Source: Saccharolobus solfataricus (GTDB lineage Archaea > Thermoproteota > Thermoprotei_A > Sulfolobales > Sulfolobaceae). Taken from it: 32,000 nt of DNA. The notes beneath the pieces are model-generated. The model did no database searches. It was not told the origin of the DNA and saw only the letters and a list, made by a program, of their open reading frames with translations. The DNA is taken from the NCBI RefSeq assembly GCF_900079115.1, contig NZ_LT549890.1:2640001-2672000 (forward strand). The letters are read 5' to 3'. The first letter of the stretch is position 1, and each line of letters starts with the position of its first letter. The position numbers were made by a program, and so were the translations under genes. Below, piece by piece: positions 16,765-25,113 of the stretch.

Positions 16765-18133
16765 CTCCTCCCCTTAACCTAACTTGATGCGACCTAGCCT
16801 CTCCAAAATCCACGAAGAACTCCTTATCCACATCTAGACCTCCATCTGGATTAGCATTTAGTTTAACCATCCATCCCTTTAAGCCCTCTGGATAGAATTG
16901 ATTATCCCAAGTACTATATAGGGAATTGGTAACGTAAACTCTTTTTCCGTCCCTACTGATTTCAATCATCTGAGGAGCTCCAGTAAGTTTATGATCTGAG
17001 GGATGGTCAGCCCTATGAAATATACCTCCCAATTTTACCTTTCCAGTAAGTACTGGTTTAAATGGATTACTCACGTCGTACTGCCTAATCTCTCCTATAC
17101 CCCATAAGCTAACGTAAAGGAACTTATCATCAAGGCTTAAGTCTATATCAGTAACTAATGGTGGTACAGCCTTAAATGGTTTCAATATCTCAGGCAGTCC
17201 TCCCTCAGTAGGTTCCGCAGGGATTTCAATAACCTTTTCCCCATTCCATTTACCATCTTCGTAGTACCATAACCAGATTGAACTGCTCAGATCCTTTAGG
17301 CTTACTACCATATTTATGAATCCCATGAGTTTAGTTGGGTCATGTAGGGGTCTAAGCTCTAACGCCATCCTATTCTCTTCACCAAGGGTTACGCTTGATA
17401 CCTTCTTTCTTCTCCTCAAGTCCCAGAAGTGTATCCTATTTCCATATCTATCTTTAAGATGTTCCAATCGAAGCCCGTTCTCAATAGTGTTTGGCACTGC
17501 CCACTCACTAGTTACCATTACTTCATTTGGTAAATTCCACCAGAAATCGTAAGCCAAATATTGGTCACTCCTATCTATCTCCCACTTGCCTAAAGGTTCA
17601 AAACTGTAATGGTCTAACATTAAAATTCCTCCTGGACCCTCACCGTTTTCATTGCCAAAAGCACTTATGTAGATACCATCTGGCCCACAATGTACTGTAT
17701 GTAGCCTACTGTAGCCCGTTACTTTCTTAACCTCCTCTGGTTCTATAGTTTTAACTATATTAGGCTGTCTAGGGTTTAATTTTGTATCTACTATATAAAT
17801 CCTTGAGGAACGTAAACCGGGTACAACTAAGAATCTTCTCTCAAAATTTGGTCTTCCATTAGGGCATAAGGCGGAACTACAAGCATTCCAACCAAAATGG
17901 TGCAGCTCATCATTGACATATGATAATTCAACCTTATGGATTACCTTAGAATAAGTTTCCGATTCAGGCTTTACATCAACTACTGCTATGAAATCTGGCC
18001 TATTTATTCCAGTTCCAGTGTATAAGCAAGCAACATAAGCTAAGTCCTCTGGAGGTGATTTCATGGCCATCTTTGGAGATGGATAAAACGTTGGATCTCT
18101 CTTAAAGGGAGCAAAAACTGACGGTAATTCCAT
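16733..18133 (-). CDS. Selenium-binding protein family (SBP56) / methanethiol oxidase-like protein
   Basis: 466 aa, alignable by eye along its whole length to human SELENBP1. Shared segments: DELHHFGWNACSS, SSRIYIVD, YDFWW, VMVTSEWAVPN, SLDDKFLYVSLW, GAPQMIEISRDGKRVYVTNSLYSTWDNQFYP, GGDASSD. Confidence 0.9.
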   Translation of the reverse strand: MELPSVFAPFKRDPTFYPSPKMAMKSPPEDLAYVACLYTGTGINRPDFIAVVDVKPESETYSKVIHKVELSYVNDELHHFGWNACSSALCPNGRPNFERRFLVVPGLRSSRIYIVDTKLNPRQPNIVKTIEPEEVKKVTGYSRLHTVHCGPDGIYISAFGNENGEGPGGILMLDHYSFEPLGKWEIDRSDQYLAYDFWWNLPNEVMVTSEWAVPNTIENGLRLEHLKDRYGNRIHFWDLRRRKKVSSVTLGEENRMALELRPLHDPTKLMGFINMVVSLKDLSSSIWLWYYEDGKWNGEKVIEIPAEPTEGGLPEILKPFKAVPPLVTDIDLSLDDKFLYVSLWGIGEIRQYDVSNPFKPVLTGKVKLGGIFHRADHPSDHKLTGAPQMIEISRDGKRVYVTNSLYSTWDNQFYPEGLKGWMVKLNANPDGGLDVDKEFFVDFGEARSHQVRLRGGDASSDSYCYP

Positions 18134-18156
18134 TAAAGTTATTTTGTATCTAAACC

Positions 18157-18164
18157 TTATAAAG
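18157..18164 (-). promoter_or_regulatory. Candidate TATA box for the SBP56 gene
   Basis: Minus-strand CTTTATAA, about 23 nt upstream of the ATG at 18133. Confidence 0.4.
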
Positions 18165-18182
18165 TTTTATTATTTGTGCAAA

Positions 18183-18626
18183 TTATTGAGGTTGAACATT
18201 CATGTTAATTTTCTTATCCCTTATTATGTACCACGTTCCCAATCCAATCGCCCCAAGACTTCCCTCAACGTCTTTAAAAGTAATCTCCACTGTAACTGCA
18301 GTTCTACCTTTTCTTATTACATTTGCTTCAACAGTAAACGGCCCCCTATACATTGGCTCTAGGAAATTTACCTTTAGTTCTTGTGTTACCTGATCCATTC
18401 CATCGTTTATTGATAGAACTGCCAATCCACCTGTGTAGTCTATGGACGCAACTATCATTCCACCATTTAGAATATTTCCCCTTCTTGTCAGCTCCTTCTT
18501 GAACGGTATTTGTGTTTTAGCATATCCCTCCTTTATCTCTAAAATTTTCACACCTAAATAATGAAATACATAATCGCTATCGTATCTCTGTAAAATTTTT
18601 TCAATATCATAGTTTTGAGAATCCAT
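18183..18626 (-). CDS. PaaI/4HBT-type hotdog-fold acyl-CoA thioesterase
   Basis: 147 aa. The [20 protein letters not shown] segment and its size are typical of PaaI-family thioesterases. Confidence 0.7.
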   Translation of the reverse strand: MDSQNYDIEKILQRYDSDYVFHYLGVKILEIKEGYAKTQIPFKKELTRRGNILNGGMIVASIDYTGGLAVLSINDGMDQVTQELKVNFLEPMYRGPFTVEANVIRKGRTAVTVEITFKDVEGSLGAIGLGTWYIIRDKKINMNVQPQ

Positions 18627-18700
18627 TGATATAATAATGTATAAGCATTCTTAAAAATCTACCTACATAGAATTATAAAAAAATATTAATTTCTTGTATC

Positions 18701-20701
18701 TTATTTGTTGATCTTTTCAAACTCTGCCTTAAACTCCTCTAAAGCTTTTTTAATCTCCTCTACAGAAGCCTCATCCTCTAATGTAGTTATATCTCCCACT
18801 TCTGCCCTAGTTGCAACAGCCCTTACAACTCTTCTCATTATCTTTCCACTTCTCGTTTTAGGCAACTTACCCACGAAGAATATCTTATCTATAGTAGCTA
18901 TAGGTCCCACCTTATCTCTTACCGTCTTCAGTATCTCTTGTGAAAGCTGCGTATTAGGTGTATAACCTTGCCTCAAAATTACAAACGCATAAGGCACCTC
19001 TCCCTTAACTGGGTCTGGGACTCCAATTACCGCTGCTTCCGCAACTGCAGGATGCTCAATTAAAGCTGATTCTAACTCATATGTACCTAGCCTATGCCCA
19101 GCTACCTTGATAACTTCATCAGCCCTCCCTAATATCCAGAAGTATCCATCCTTGTCCTTAACAGCGTAATCACCAACATAGAACATTCCAGGGAATCTAC
19201 TCCAATACACCTTCACGTATCTTTCAGGATCCTTGTAAATTGTTAATGGCATTCCAGGCCACGGATTCTTTATAACAAGATATCCTCTTTCCTCAAGGTT
19301 AACTTGTTTCCCATCTTCATTAACTACATCTGGCTCAATTCCCAATATTGGTGGGCCATTTGTCCCAGGTTTCATTGGCACAAGATACAATCCTGGTAAA
19401 TGAGATATTAGAATACCTCCAGTCTCAGTCATCCACCAAGTGCTTCCAAATGGTACCTCCTCTCTACCGACTAATTTCCATAGCCACTCCCAAGCTTCCG
19501 GATTTATTGGTTCACCTACAGAATGCATTAGCCTAACAGTGGAGGTAATGTGAGCCTTAACCCAATTATCACCATATTTCATGAAGCTTCTAATTGCAGT
19601 GGGTGAGGTATAAAGGATTGTGATCCCATACCTTTCAATTATCGATACCCACCTATCCGGTTGTGGATAATCCAAGGCTCCTTCATACATTATTTCAGTT
19701 GCTCCTTCCATTAATGGTCCAAACACAATGTAAGAGTGTCCAGTAACCCATCCTATATCTGCGGTACACCAGTAAATGTCGTCATCCCTTATATCGAATA
19801 CCCACTTCATTGTAGCGTGTAATAATGTCATATACCCTCCAATATCGTGGACTATACCCTTAGGTTTTCCAGTGGTTCCAGAGGTGTAGAGTATATATAA
19901 CGGGTCTTCAGATTTCATCCTTTCTGGTTCAACGTAAACATTTTGTGGAATGTCCTTGATTACTTCATCAAAGTACTTATCCCTACCTTCAACCATGTTG
20001 ACCTTATTACCTATCCTTCTAACTACTATTACATCCTTTATTGTTGGGGTCTTCTCCAAAGCCTTATCTACAATTCCCTTTAAGTCAACAACTTTACCCC
20101 TTCTCCATCCACCATCTGCGGTAATTAGTAACTTGGCTTCGGCGTCATTAATCCTACTTGCCAATGCGTCAGCGCTAAATCCTGAGAACACCACCGTAAA
20201 GACTACTCCGATCCTAGCAGCAGCTAACATGAATATTGGTAATTCCGGTATCATTGGAAGGTAAATCGCTATTGCATCACCTTTCTTTAACCCGTATTTC
20301 TCCTTCAAGAGATAGGCTACTCTATTAACTTCCCTATATAGATCGTAATATGTTAACTTCCTAACCTCCTTTGGGTTTCCCTTCTCGTCCACTGGTTCTC
20401 CTTCCCATATTATGGCAACCTTATTCTTCCTCCAGCTCTTAACGTGCCTATCTACAGTTAGATAAGAGGCGTTAAGCTCTCCACCTACGAACCACTTATA
20501 GAATGGAGGATTACTATCGTCTAGTGTTTTCTCCCATGGTTTGAACCAGTCAATTTCCGAGGCTACAGATGCCCAAAATTGTTTGTAATCTTTTACCGTT
20601 TGGCTGTGAATCTCTTTATACGTAGTTATACTTACTAGCCTATTTAAATTCAGTTTTGGGTTTATCTTTTGATCAAAAGGTAGAGCCCACGTTACTGACA
20701 T
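18701..20701 (-). CDS. acs: Acetyl-CoA synthetase (AMP-forming)
   Basis: 666 aa. AMP-binding signature YTSGTTGKPKG. The N-terminal FWASVASEIDWFKPW and C-terminal LPKTRSGKIMRR motifs are characteristic of Acs. Confidence 0.9.
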   Translation of the reverse strand: MSVTWALPFDQKINPKLNLNRLVSITTYKEIHSQTVKDYKQFWASVASEIDWFKPWEKTLDDSNPPFYKWFVGGELNASYLTVDRHVKSWRKNKVAIIWEGEPVDEKGNPKEVRKLTYYDLYREVNRVAYLLKEKYGLKKGDAIAIYLPMIPELPIFMLAAARIGVVFTVVFSGFSADALASRINDAEAKLLITADGGWRRGKVVDLKGIVDKALEKTPTIKDVIVVRRIGNKVNMVEGRDKYFDEVIKDIPQNVYVEPERMKSEDPLYILYTSGTTGKPKGIVHDIGGYMTLLHATMKWVFDIRDDDIYWCTADIGWVTGHSYIVFGPLMEGATEIMYEGALDYPQPDRWVSIIERYGITILYTSPTAIRSFMKYGDNWVKAHITSTVRLMHSVGEPINPEAWEWLWKLVGREEVPFGSTWWMTETGGILISHLPGLYLVPMKPGTNGPPILGIEPDVVNEDGKQVNLEERGYLVIKNPWPGMPLTIYKDPERYVKVYWSRFPGMFYVGDYAVKDKDGYFWILGRADEVIKVAGHRLGTYELESALIEHPAVAEAAVIGVPDPVKGEVPYAFVILRQGYTPNTQLSQEILKTVRDKVGPIATIDKIFFVGKLPKTRSGKIMRRVVRAVATRAEVGDITTLEDEASVEEIKKALEEFKAEFEKINK

Positions 20702-20761
20702 ATGTTATATAATGGAATTCTAGGTAATAAATGTTAAGTAGAATACTGTAAGGTAATAAAC

Positions 20762-20769
20762 TTTATAAG
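20762..20769 (+). promoter_or_regulatory. Candidate TATA box for the SatP-family gene
   Basis: TTTATAAG, 25 nt upstream of the ATG at 20795. Confidence 0.45.
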
Positions 20770-20794
20770 TATATTATTGCTATATAAAGATGTC

Positions 20795-21355
20795 ATGACA
20801 GAACAAAAAAGGGCAAATCCAGCCCCCTTAGGACTTTCTGGTTTCGCACTAACTACACTCGTGTTATCTACCTTCAATGCAGGGTTAATAACACAAGGGG
20901 CATCTGTTGTGTTGGGACTAGCAGCGTTTTATGGAGGATTGGCTCAACTACTAGCCGGAATATTGGAATGGAGGGCAGGGAACACTTTTGGCTATACTGC
21001 CTTCTTTACTTATGGTGCATTTTGGGAGTGGTATTTCCTAACTGCGGGAGGATTTTTTGGAGGAGTCACACCTCAAGCTATAGGCTTGGTATTAATTGCG
21101 TTTGGAATCTTTACGCTAGCAATGTGGTTTGGCACGTTTAAGGCAAATCTAGGATTATTCATGACATTTCTATTACTGTGGATAACGTTCTTCCTACTTG
21201 GAGTAGGAGCTATGATTGGAAATGTTGGATTATCCCATGCCGGTGGATATGTAGGAATATTAACGGCAATTGCAGCCTGGTATACTGGACTCGCTATTGT
21301 AGTAGCTGAGAGCTTAGGCAAGAGTCCTCCAGTAGGAAGACCAATAATGAAATAA
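20795..21355 (+). CDS. GPR1/FUN34/YaaH (SatP) family acetate/succinate channel
   Basis: Family signature [14 protein letters not shown] at the N-terminus and 6 TM segments. The tracked ORF opens at TTG 20777; ATG 20795 is favoured by the TATA spacing. Confidence 0.85.
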   Translation: MTEQKRANPAPLGLSGFALTTLVLSTFNAGLITQGASVVLGLAAFYGGLAQLLAGILEWRAGNTFGYTAFFTYGAFWEWYFLTAGGFFGGVTPQAIGLVLIAFGIFTLAMWFGTFKANLGLFMTFLLLWITFFLLGVGAMIGNVGLSHAGGYVGILTAIAAWYTGLAIVVAESLGKSPPVGRPIMK

Positions 21356-21384
21356 AAAATTATTTACATTTTTTAGCTTGAATC

Positions 21385-21699
21385 TTATTGTAGTAATTTT
21401 TTCATTAATTCATAAAAGTTTTCATAAGGATGAATTGCGGTTACTTCTATTGTTAGTGAATGACCGAGCTCTTTAACTATTGGTAGGGTCTCTAAAATCC
21501 CATCTAATTCCTCATGAGAGTTAACATCTATTATTGCTACAACCTCTCTTCTTCCAGTTACCTTATACAAACCCTTTATCTTCCCAGCCTTAACTGCTGG
21601 CATTGCTGCCTCAGCTTCTCTTTTCCATATTTCCATTAACTGCTTTTGCGTTATATTAGTTGGTTGTTTTATCTTAAACCATAGAAGGAATAGCATCAA
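21385..21699 (-). CDS. Muconolactone delta-isomerase-like (dimeric alpha+beta barrel) protein
   Basis: 104 aa. The pattern MLF...E.E.A....G....L.R..G......I.DV.S.EEL..IL..LP resembles the muconolactone isomerase family. By-eye call only. Confidence 0.5.
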   Translation of the reverse strand: MMLFLLWFKIKQPTNITQKQLMEIWKREAEAAMPAVKAGKIKGLYKVTGRREVVAIIDVNSHEELDGILETLPIVKELGHSLTIEVTAIHPYENFYELMKKLLQ

Positions 21700-21756
21700 A
21701 TAATATTAAGTTTAGTTACTTATAAATTGATTTGTTTGTTTGTAAGTGAATTATAT

Positions 21757-22098
21757 CTACTTATATTTTTGTCCTCTCTCAAATCCATAAAGTACTGAAA
21801 AATTAGATACGATTCCAATTGCCAAAAGGAGATGAATTATGGAGATTATTGGAGAAGCGTTTATGGTATATAGATACCCTAATGCGCCAGTAATCACTAT
21901 CAATCCAATATTTCCTGCAAGGATTCTCTTTTCCATTTGTAGTTTTACCCTAAAATAACCATAGATCGCTAGTGCTAAAAGTATAATTGCAACAAAGACG
22001 TGAAGTAGCAATAGATAAGGAGAGTTGTAAAAAACGATTATATTTCCTAAAAGTGTTTGTAAAATAGCTATTCCAGCACTAACTAGCCATATGTTCAA
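21757..22098 (-). CDS. Hypothetical 4-TM membrane protein with internal 2x2-TM duplication and two conserved His
   Basis: 113 aa. Repeat units NSPYLLLLHVFVAI and ASPIISIIHLLLAI. The TTG start forms a TTGA overlap with the stop of the upstream DsrE-like gene. Confidence 0.55.
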   Translation of the reverse strand: MNIWLVSAGIAILQTLLGNIIVFYNSPYLLLLHVFVAIILLALAIYGYFRVKLQMEKRILAGNIGLIVITGALGYLYTINASPIISIIHLLLAIGIVSNFSVLYGFERGQKYK

Positions 22099-22448
22099 AA
22101 CGTTATTACCTCATATCCTTGATTGACGTAATAGGATACTCTCTCACCGGCTGGCATCAATGACACTCCTAAATTCTCTAGATGTGGCTTTATGTTCATT
22201 GCCTGCGCAACTCCTATGCAAGCAGAGTCTACTATTTTATTTTGAAGGAGCTCTTGGAACATGTTTTTCATATCGCCATCCAATTGTGTTAATTTCTTCT
22301 GACTTGGTCCGAAATATATCACTTTAACGTCTTCATATCTCTTATTTTTCACTGAGTTATAAGCCATTCTCATTGCTAGATCGAACTTCTCGTCTCCAGA
22401 CATTATTAAGAAGAGGACTTTTGCCATATTTTCATCTTTTAAAATCAC
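22095..22448 (-). CDS. DsrE/DsrF-like (sulfur-relay fold) family protein
   Basis: About 110-117 aa. KVLFLIMSGDEKFDLAMRMA...VKVIYFG...SACIGVAQAMNI...EVITF follows the DsrE-fold pattern with a single conserved Cys. The tracked start is GTG 22448; ATG 22427 (MAKVLF...) is a plausible alternative. Confidence 0.5.
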   Translation of the reverse strand: MILKDENMAKVLFLIMSGDEKFDLAMRMAYNSVKNKRYEDVKVIYFGPSQKKLTQLDGDMKNMFQELLQNKIVDSACIGVAQAMNIKPHLENLGVSLMPAGERVSYYVNQGYEVITF

Positions 22449-22458
22449 ATTAAAAAGT

Positions 22459-23283
22459 TTAACTTAATAATGTTCTTGATCTAGAGATTAAAATTCCCAA
22501 AAACATCAAGAAAATGCCGAATAACTGTATAGGAAAAGGTAAAACGTGGTACAGTAGGAACTCTACTAGAGTAGTTAGAATAGGCACAGAGAAGCTGAGA
22601 ACTGTTACCTTAGGTATCTTCTCAGCCTTAACCATCATGTTCCAAAGGAAGAAGGAAATGGCCCCACCTAAAGTTGAAGTATACGCGATTCCTATATAAA
22701 ATTCTGGGTTTGGATCAATGTTATGGTGTATTGGGAGTAGTAATGCTAGGATTATGCTACCTATCGAGAATTGACTTGCATTTACTGTTATAGGATCGTA
22801 ACCCTTTAATTTTCTGTAGAAAACTGTAAATAACCCCCAAAATAGGGCATTGACGATAGTTATAATTGAACCAAATAGTGTAAGACCATGAACCAATGGT
22901 AAACCGTATAAAATTACGCCTGAGAAACCTATTACTACTCCAACAATCTCAAGTACCGCGGGTCTTTCCAATAAGATGATAAAGGAAATGGGTATTGAAA
23001 ACAAGGGCATTGTATAGCTTAGCACAGCTGACTCAGCTGGGCTTACATAAAGTAAACCATACGCCCATAATAATGATGATACTGTAGTGTAAACTGCCAA
23101 TTGTATTACGTCTCTGTTAAAGAGAATCTTTCCCCTACTAATTGATAAAAATATAATAGAAGAGATAACATACCTAATGAGATTGAAAAAGATAGGTGAT
23201 GAAAACGTTATAGCATCCTTTGCGAAGTAGTAGTTAAATGACGTTATTGTTACATAAGGTAGCAGGTATTTTAATATTTTCAC
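22459..23283 (-). CDS. EamA/DMT-superfamily transporter
   Basis: 274 aa with about 10 TM segments in two similar halves, typical of EamA-domain permeases. GTG start. Confidence 0.6.
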   Translation of the reverse strand: MKILKYLLPYVTITSFNYYFAKDAITFSSPIFFNLIRYVISSIIFLSISRGKILFNRDVIQLAVYTTVSSLLWAYGLLYVSPAESAVLSYTMPLFSIPISFIILLERPAVLEIVGVVIGFSGVILYGLPLVHGLTLFGSIITIVNALFWGLFTVFYRKLKGYDPITVNASQFSIGSIILALLLPIHHNIDPNPEFYIGIAYTSTLGGAISFFLWNMMVKAEKIPKVTVLSFSVPILTTLVEFLLYHVLPFPIQLFGIFLMFLGILISRSRTLLS

Positions 23284-23339
23284 GTGCTAAATGTTTGGGA
23301 GTAAACTTTAAAGTTACCTAACAAAAGTCAGCGTATTCA

Positions 23340-23347
23340 TTTATAAA
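23340..23347 (+). promoter_or_regulatory. Candidate TATA box for the malic enzyme gene
   Basis: TTTATAAA, 23 nt upstream of ATG 23371 but only 8 nt upstream of ATG 23356. Confidence 0.45.
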
Positions 23348-23370
23348 TTTGTTTTATGATATATTTTTTC

Positions 23371-24654
23371 ATGGTTGATGCTGTAGAACTGTCAAGGAAA
23401 TACGAGGGAAAAATTGAGATATATCCGAAAGTTCCTATCACCTCTTATAACGATTTCGCTCTCATATACACCCCAGGTGTTGCTGAGGTATCTAAGGCGA
23501 TTTATAAGGATCCGGATAAGAGCTTTGAGTTAACAAGTAGGTGGAACACGATAGCAGTAGTAACAGACGGAACTAGGGTTTTGGGATTAGGAAATATTGG
23601 CCCAACTGCAGCAATGCCAGTGATGGAAGGGAAATCTCTATTGTTCAAATACTTAGGAGGAGTTGACGCAATACCTTTGCCAATTAACGTAAAGAGTGCA
23701 GATGAGTTCACAAATGTTGTAAAAGCTCTGGAAACGTCCTTTGGCGGGATTAATCTTGAAGATATTGAGTCACCAAAGTGTTTCTATATTCTGGAAAAAT
23801 TGCAATCCATGTTGAATATTCCAGTATGGCATGATGATCAACAAGGTACTGCGGCAGCTATCCTAGCAGGGTTGATTAATGCGATGATATTAACCAATAA
23901 AGACCCTAAGGAAAGTAAAGTCGTATTTTACGGAGCTGGAGCATCAAATATTGCAGCAGCTAGAATTTTAGCTAAATATGGATTCAAATACGAAAATATT
24001 GTAATGATTGATAGCAAAGGTCCATTGTATGCTGATAGAGAGGACGTAGATCACTTAATGTTACATCATAAGTGGAAGTACGAATTGGCTATAAAGACGA
24101 ATAAATGGGAAGCTAAGGAGATAAAGGACGCGTTTAGTGGCGCAGATGCAGTAGTTGCGGCATCTACTCCAGGTCCCAATGTAATAAAGAAGGAATGGAT
24201 AAGTCTGATGAATAAGGAGGCAATAGTCTTTGCCTTAGCCAATCCAGTTCCAGAGATATGGCCGCAAGACGCTAAGGAGGCAGGAGCGAAGATTGTTGCA
24301 ACGGGTAGAAGTGATTTCCCTAACCAAGTTAATAACTCCCTAATTTTCCCGGCAATATTTAGGGGAGTTTTGGATAGTAGAGCAAAGGCGATAACAGATG
24401 AGATGACGATTGCAGCCTCTGAGGCTCTAGCTAAATACGCTAGGGATAGGGGGATAAATGAGAACTACATAATACCTAGAATGGATGAATGGGAGGCGTT
24501 TTATGAGGAAGCAGCAGCAGTTGCTAGTAAGGCAGTAGAATTAGGGTTAGCTAGAGTTAAAAAGAGTAGAGAAGAGTTCAGGGAAATCGCTAAGGAGAGA
24601 ATAATAAGGGCTAGGAAGATAATGAATTTGGTGATATCCACATGGTCACCATAA
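23371..24654 (+). CDS. NAD(P)-dependent malic enzyme (oxaloacetate-decarboxylating malate dehydrogenase)
   Basis: Small prokaryotic malic enzyme pattern: [57 protein letters not shown]. The tracked ORF starts at 23356; TATA geometry favours ATG 23371. Confidence 0.9.
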   Translation: MVDAVELSRKYEGKIEIYPKVPITSYNDFALIYTPGVAEVSKAIYKDPDKSFELTSRWNTIAVVTDGTRVLGLGNIGPTAAMPVMEGKSLLFKYLGGVDAIPLPINVKSADEFTNVVKALETSFGGINLEDIESPKCFYILEKLQSMLNIPVWHDDQQGTAAAILAGLINAMILTNKDPKESKVVFYGAGASNIAAARILAKYGFKYENIVMIDSKGPLYADREDVDHLMLHHKWKYELAIKTNKWEAKEIKDAFSGADAVVAASTPGPNVIKKEWISLMNKEAIVFALANPVPEIWPQDAKEAGAKIVATGRSDFPNQVNNSLIFPAIFRGVLDSRAKAITDEMTIAASEALAKYARDRGINENYIIPRMDEWEAFYEEAAAVASKAVELGLARVKKSREEFREIAKERIIRARKIMNLVISTWSP

Positions 24655-25106
24655 GGAGGGCTACTAAAGAGGACGTCAAAACGTTAATAGATTTTTTCAG
24701 TAGGATGTATAGGTTAAACAGCGAATTCGATCCACTACTATTGACTCCAGAGAATTTGGAGGAAAGGATTAACAAAGTGGTAGAGAAGAGTCTTGAAGAT
24801 CAAAATGAGATGATAGTAGTAGCGGAAGATCAAGGTAGGATAGTTGGCGCTGCCAGGGTTTTAATAATAGATAGGATATTTTATACACCGGAAAAGGAAG
24901 CATTAATTAGGGAGTTTTACGTACATCCTTCATACAGAAGGCAGGGAGTAGGTAATGAGATAGTAAATTTCATAATAAGCGAGTTGAAAGAGAGGGGAAT
25001 AGAGATACTAGGAGCTGAATTCCCTTCTAGAAATTTAATAGCAATTTCGTTCTATAGAAAAATGGGCTTCAGAGAAATATATTGTGAATTCGTTAAGAAA
25101 ATTTAA
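24642..25106 (+). CDS. GNAT-family N-acetyltransferase
   Basis: 154 aa. Acetyl-CoA-binding motif [11 protein letters not shown]. The start overlaps the malic enzyme gene by 13 nt. Confidence 0.8.
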   Translation: MVTIRRATKEDVKTLIDFFSRMYRLNSEFDPLLLTPENLEERINKVVEKSLEDQNEMIVVAEDQGRIVGAARVLIIDRIFYTPEKEALIREFYVHPSYRRQGVGNEIVNFIISELKERGIEILGAEFPSRNLIAISFYRKMGFREIYCEFVKKI

Positions 25107-25113
25107 CCATTTT

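Noticed and set aside
16733-18133. Possibility that the 'selenium-binding protein' gene signals selenoprotein or Sec-recoding machinery.
   Set aside because: The family name is historical. The ORF has no in-frame TGA and no SECIS-like element is evident. It is treated as an SBP56/methanethiol-oxidase homologue only.
17316-20264. Plus-strand ORFs inside the SBP56, thioesterase and acs genes (17316-17552, 17527-17730, 18144-18393, 18705-18965, 19348-19536, 19950-20264).
   Set aside because: They are antisense to strongly supported genes and have no recognisable domains.
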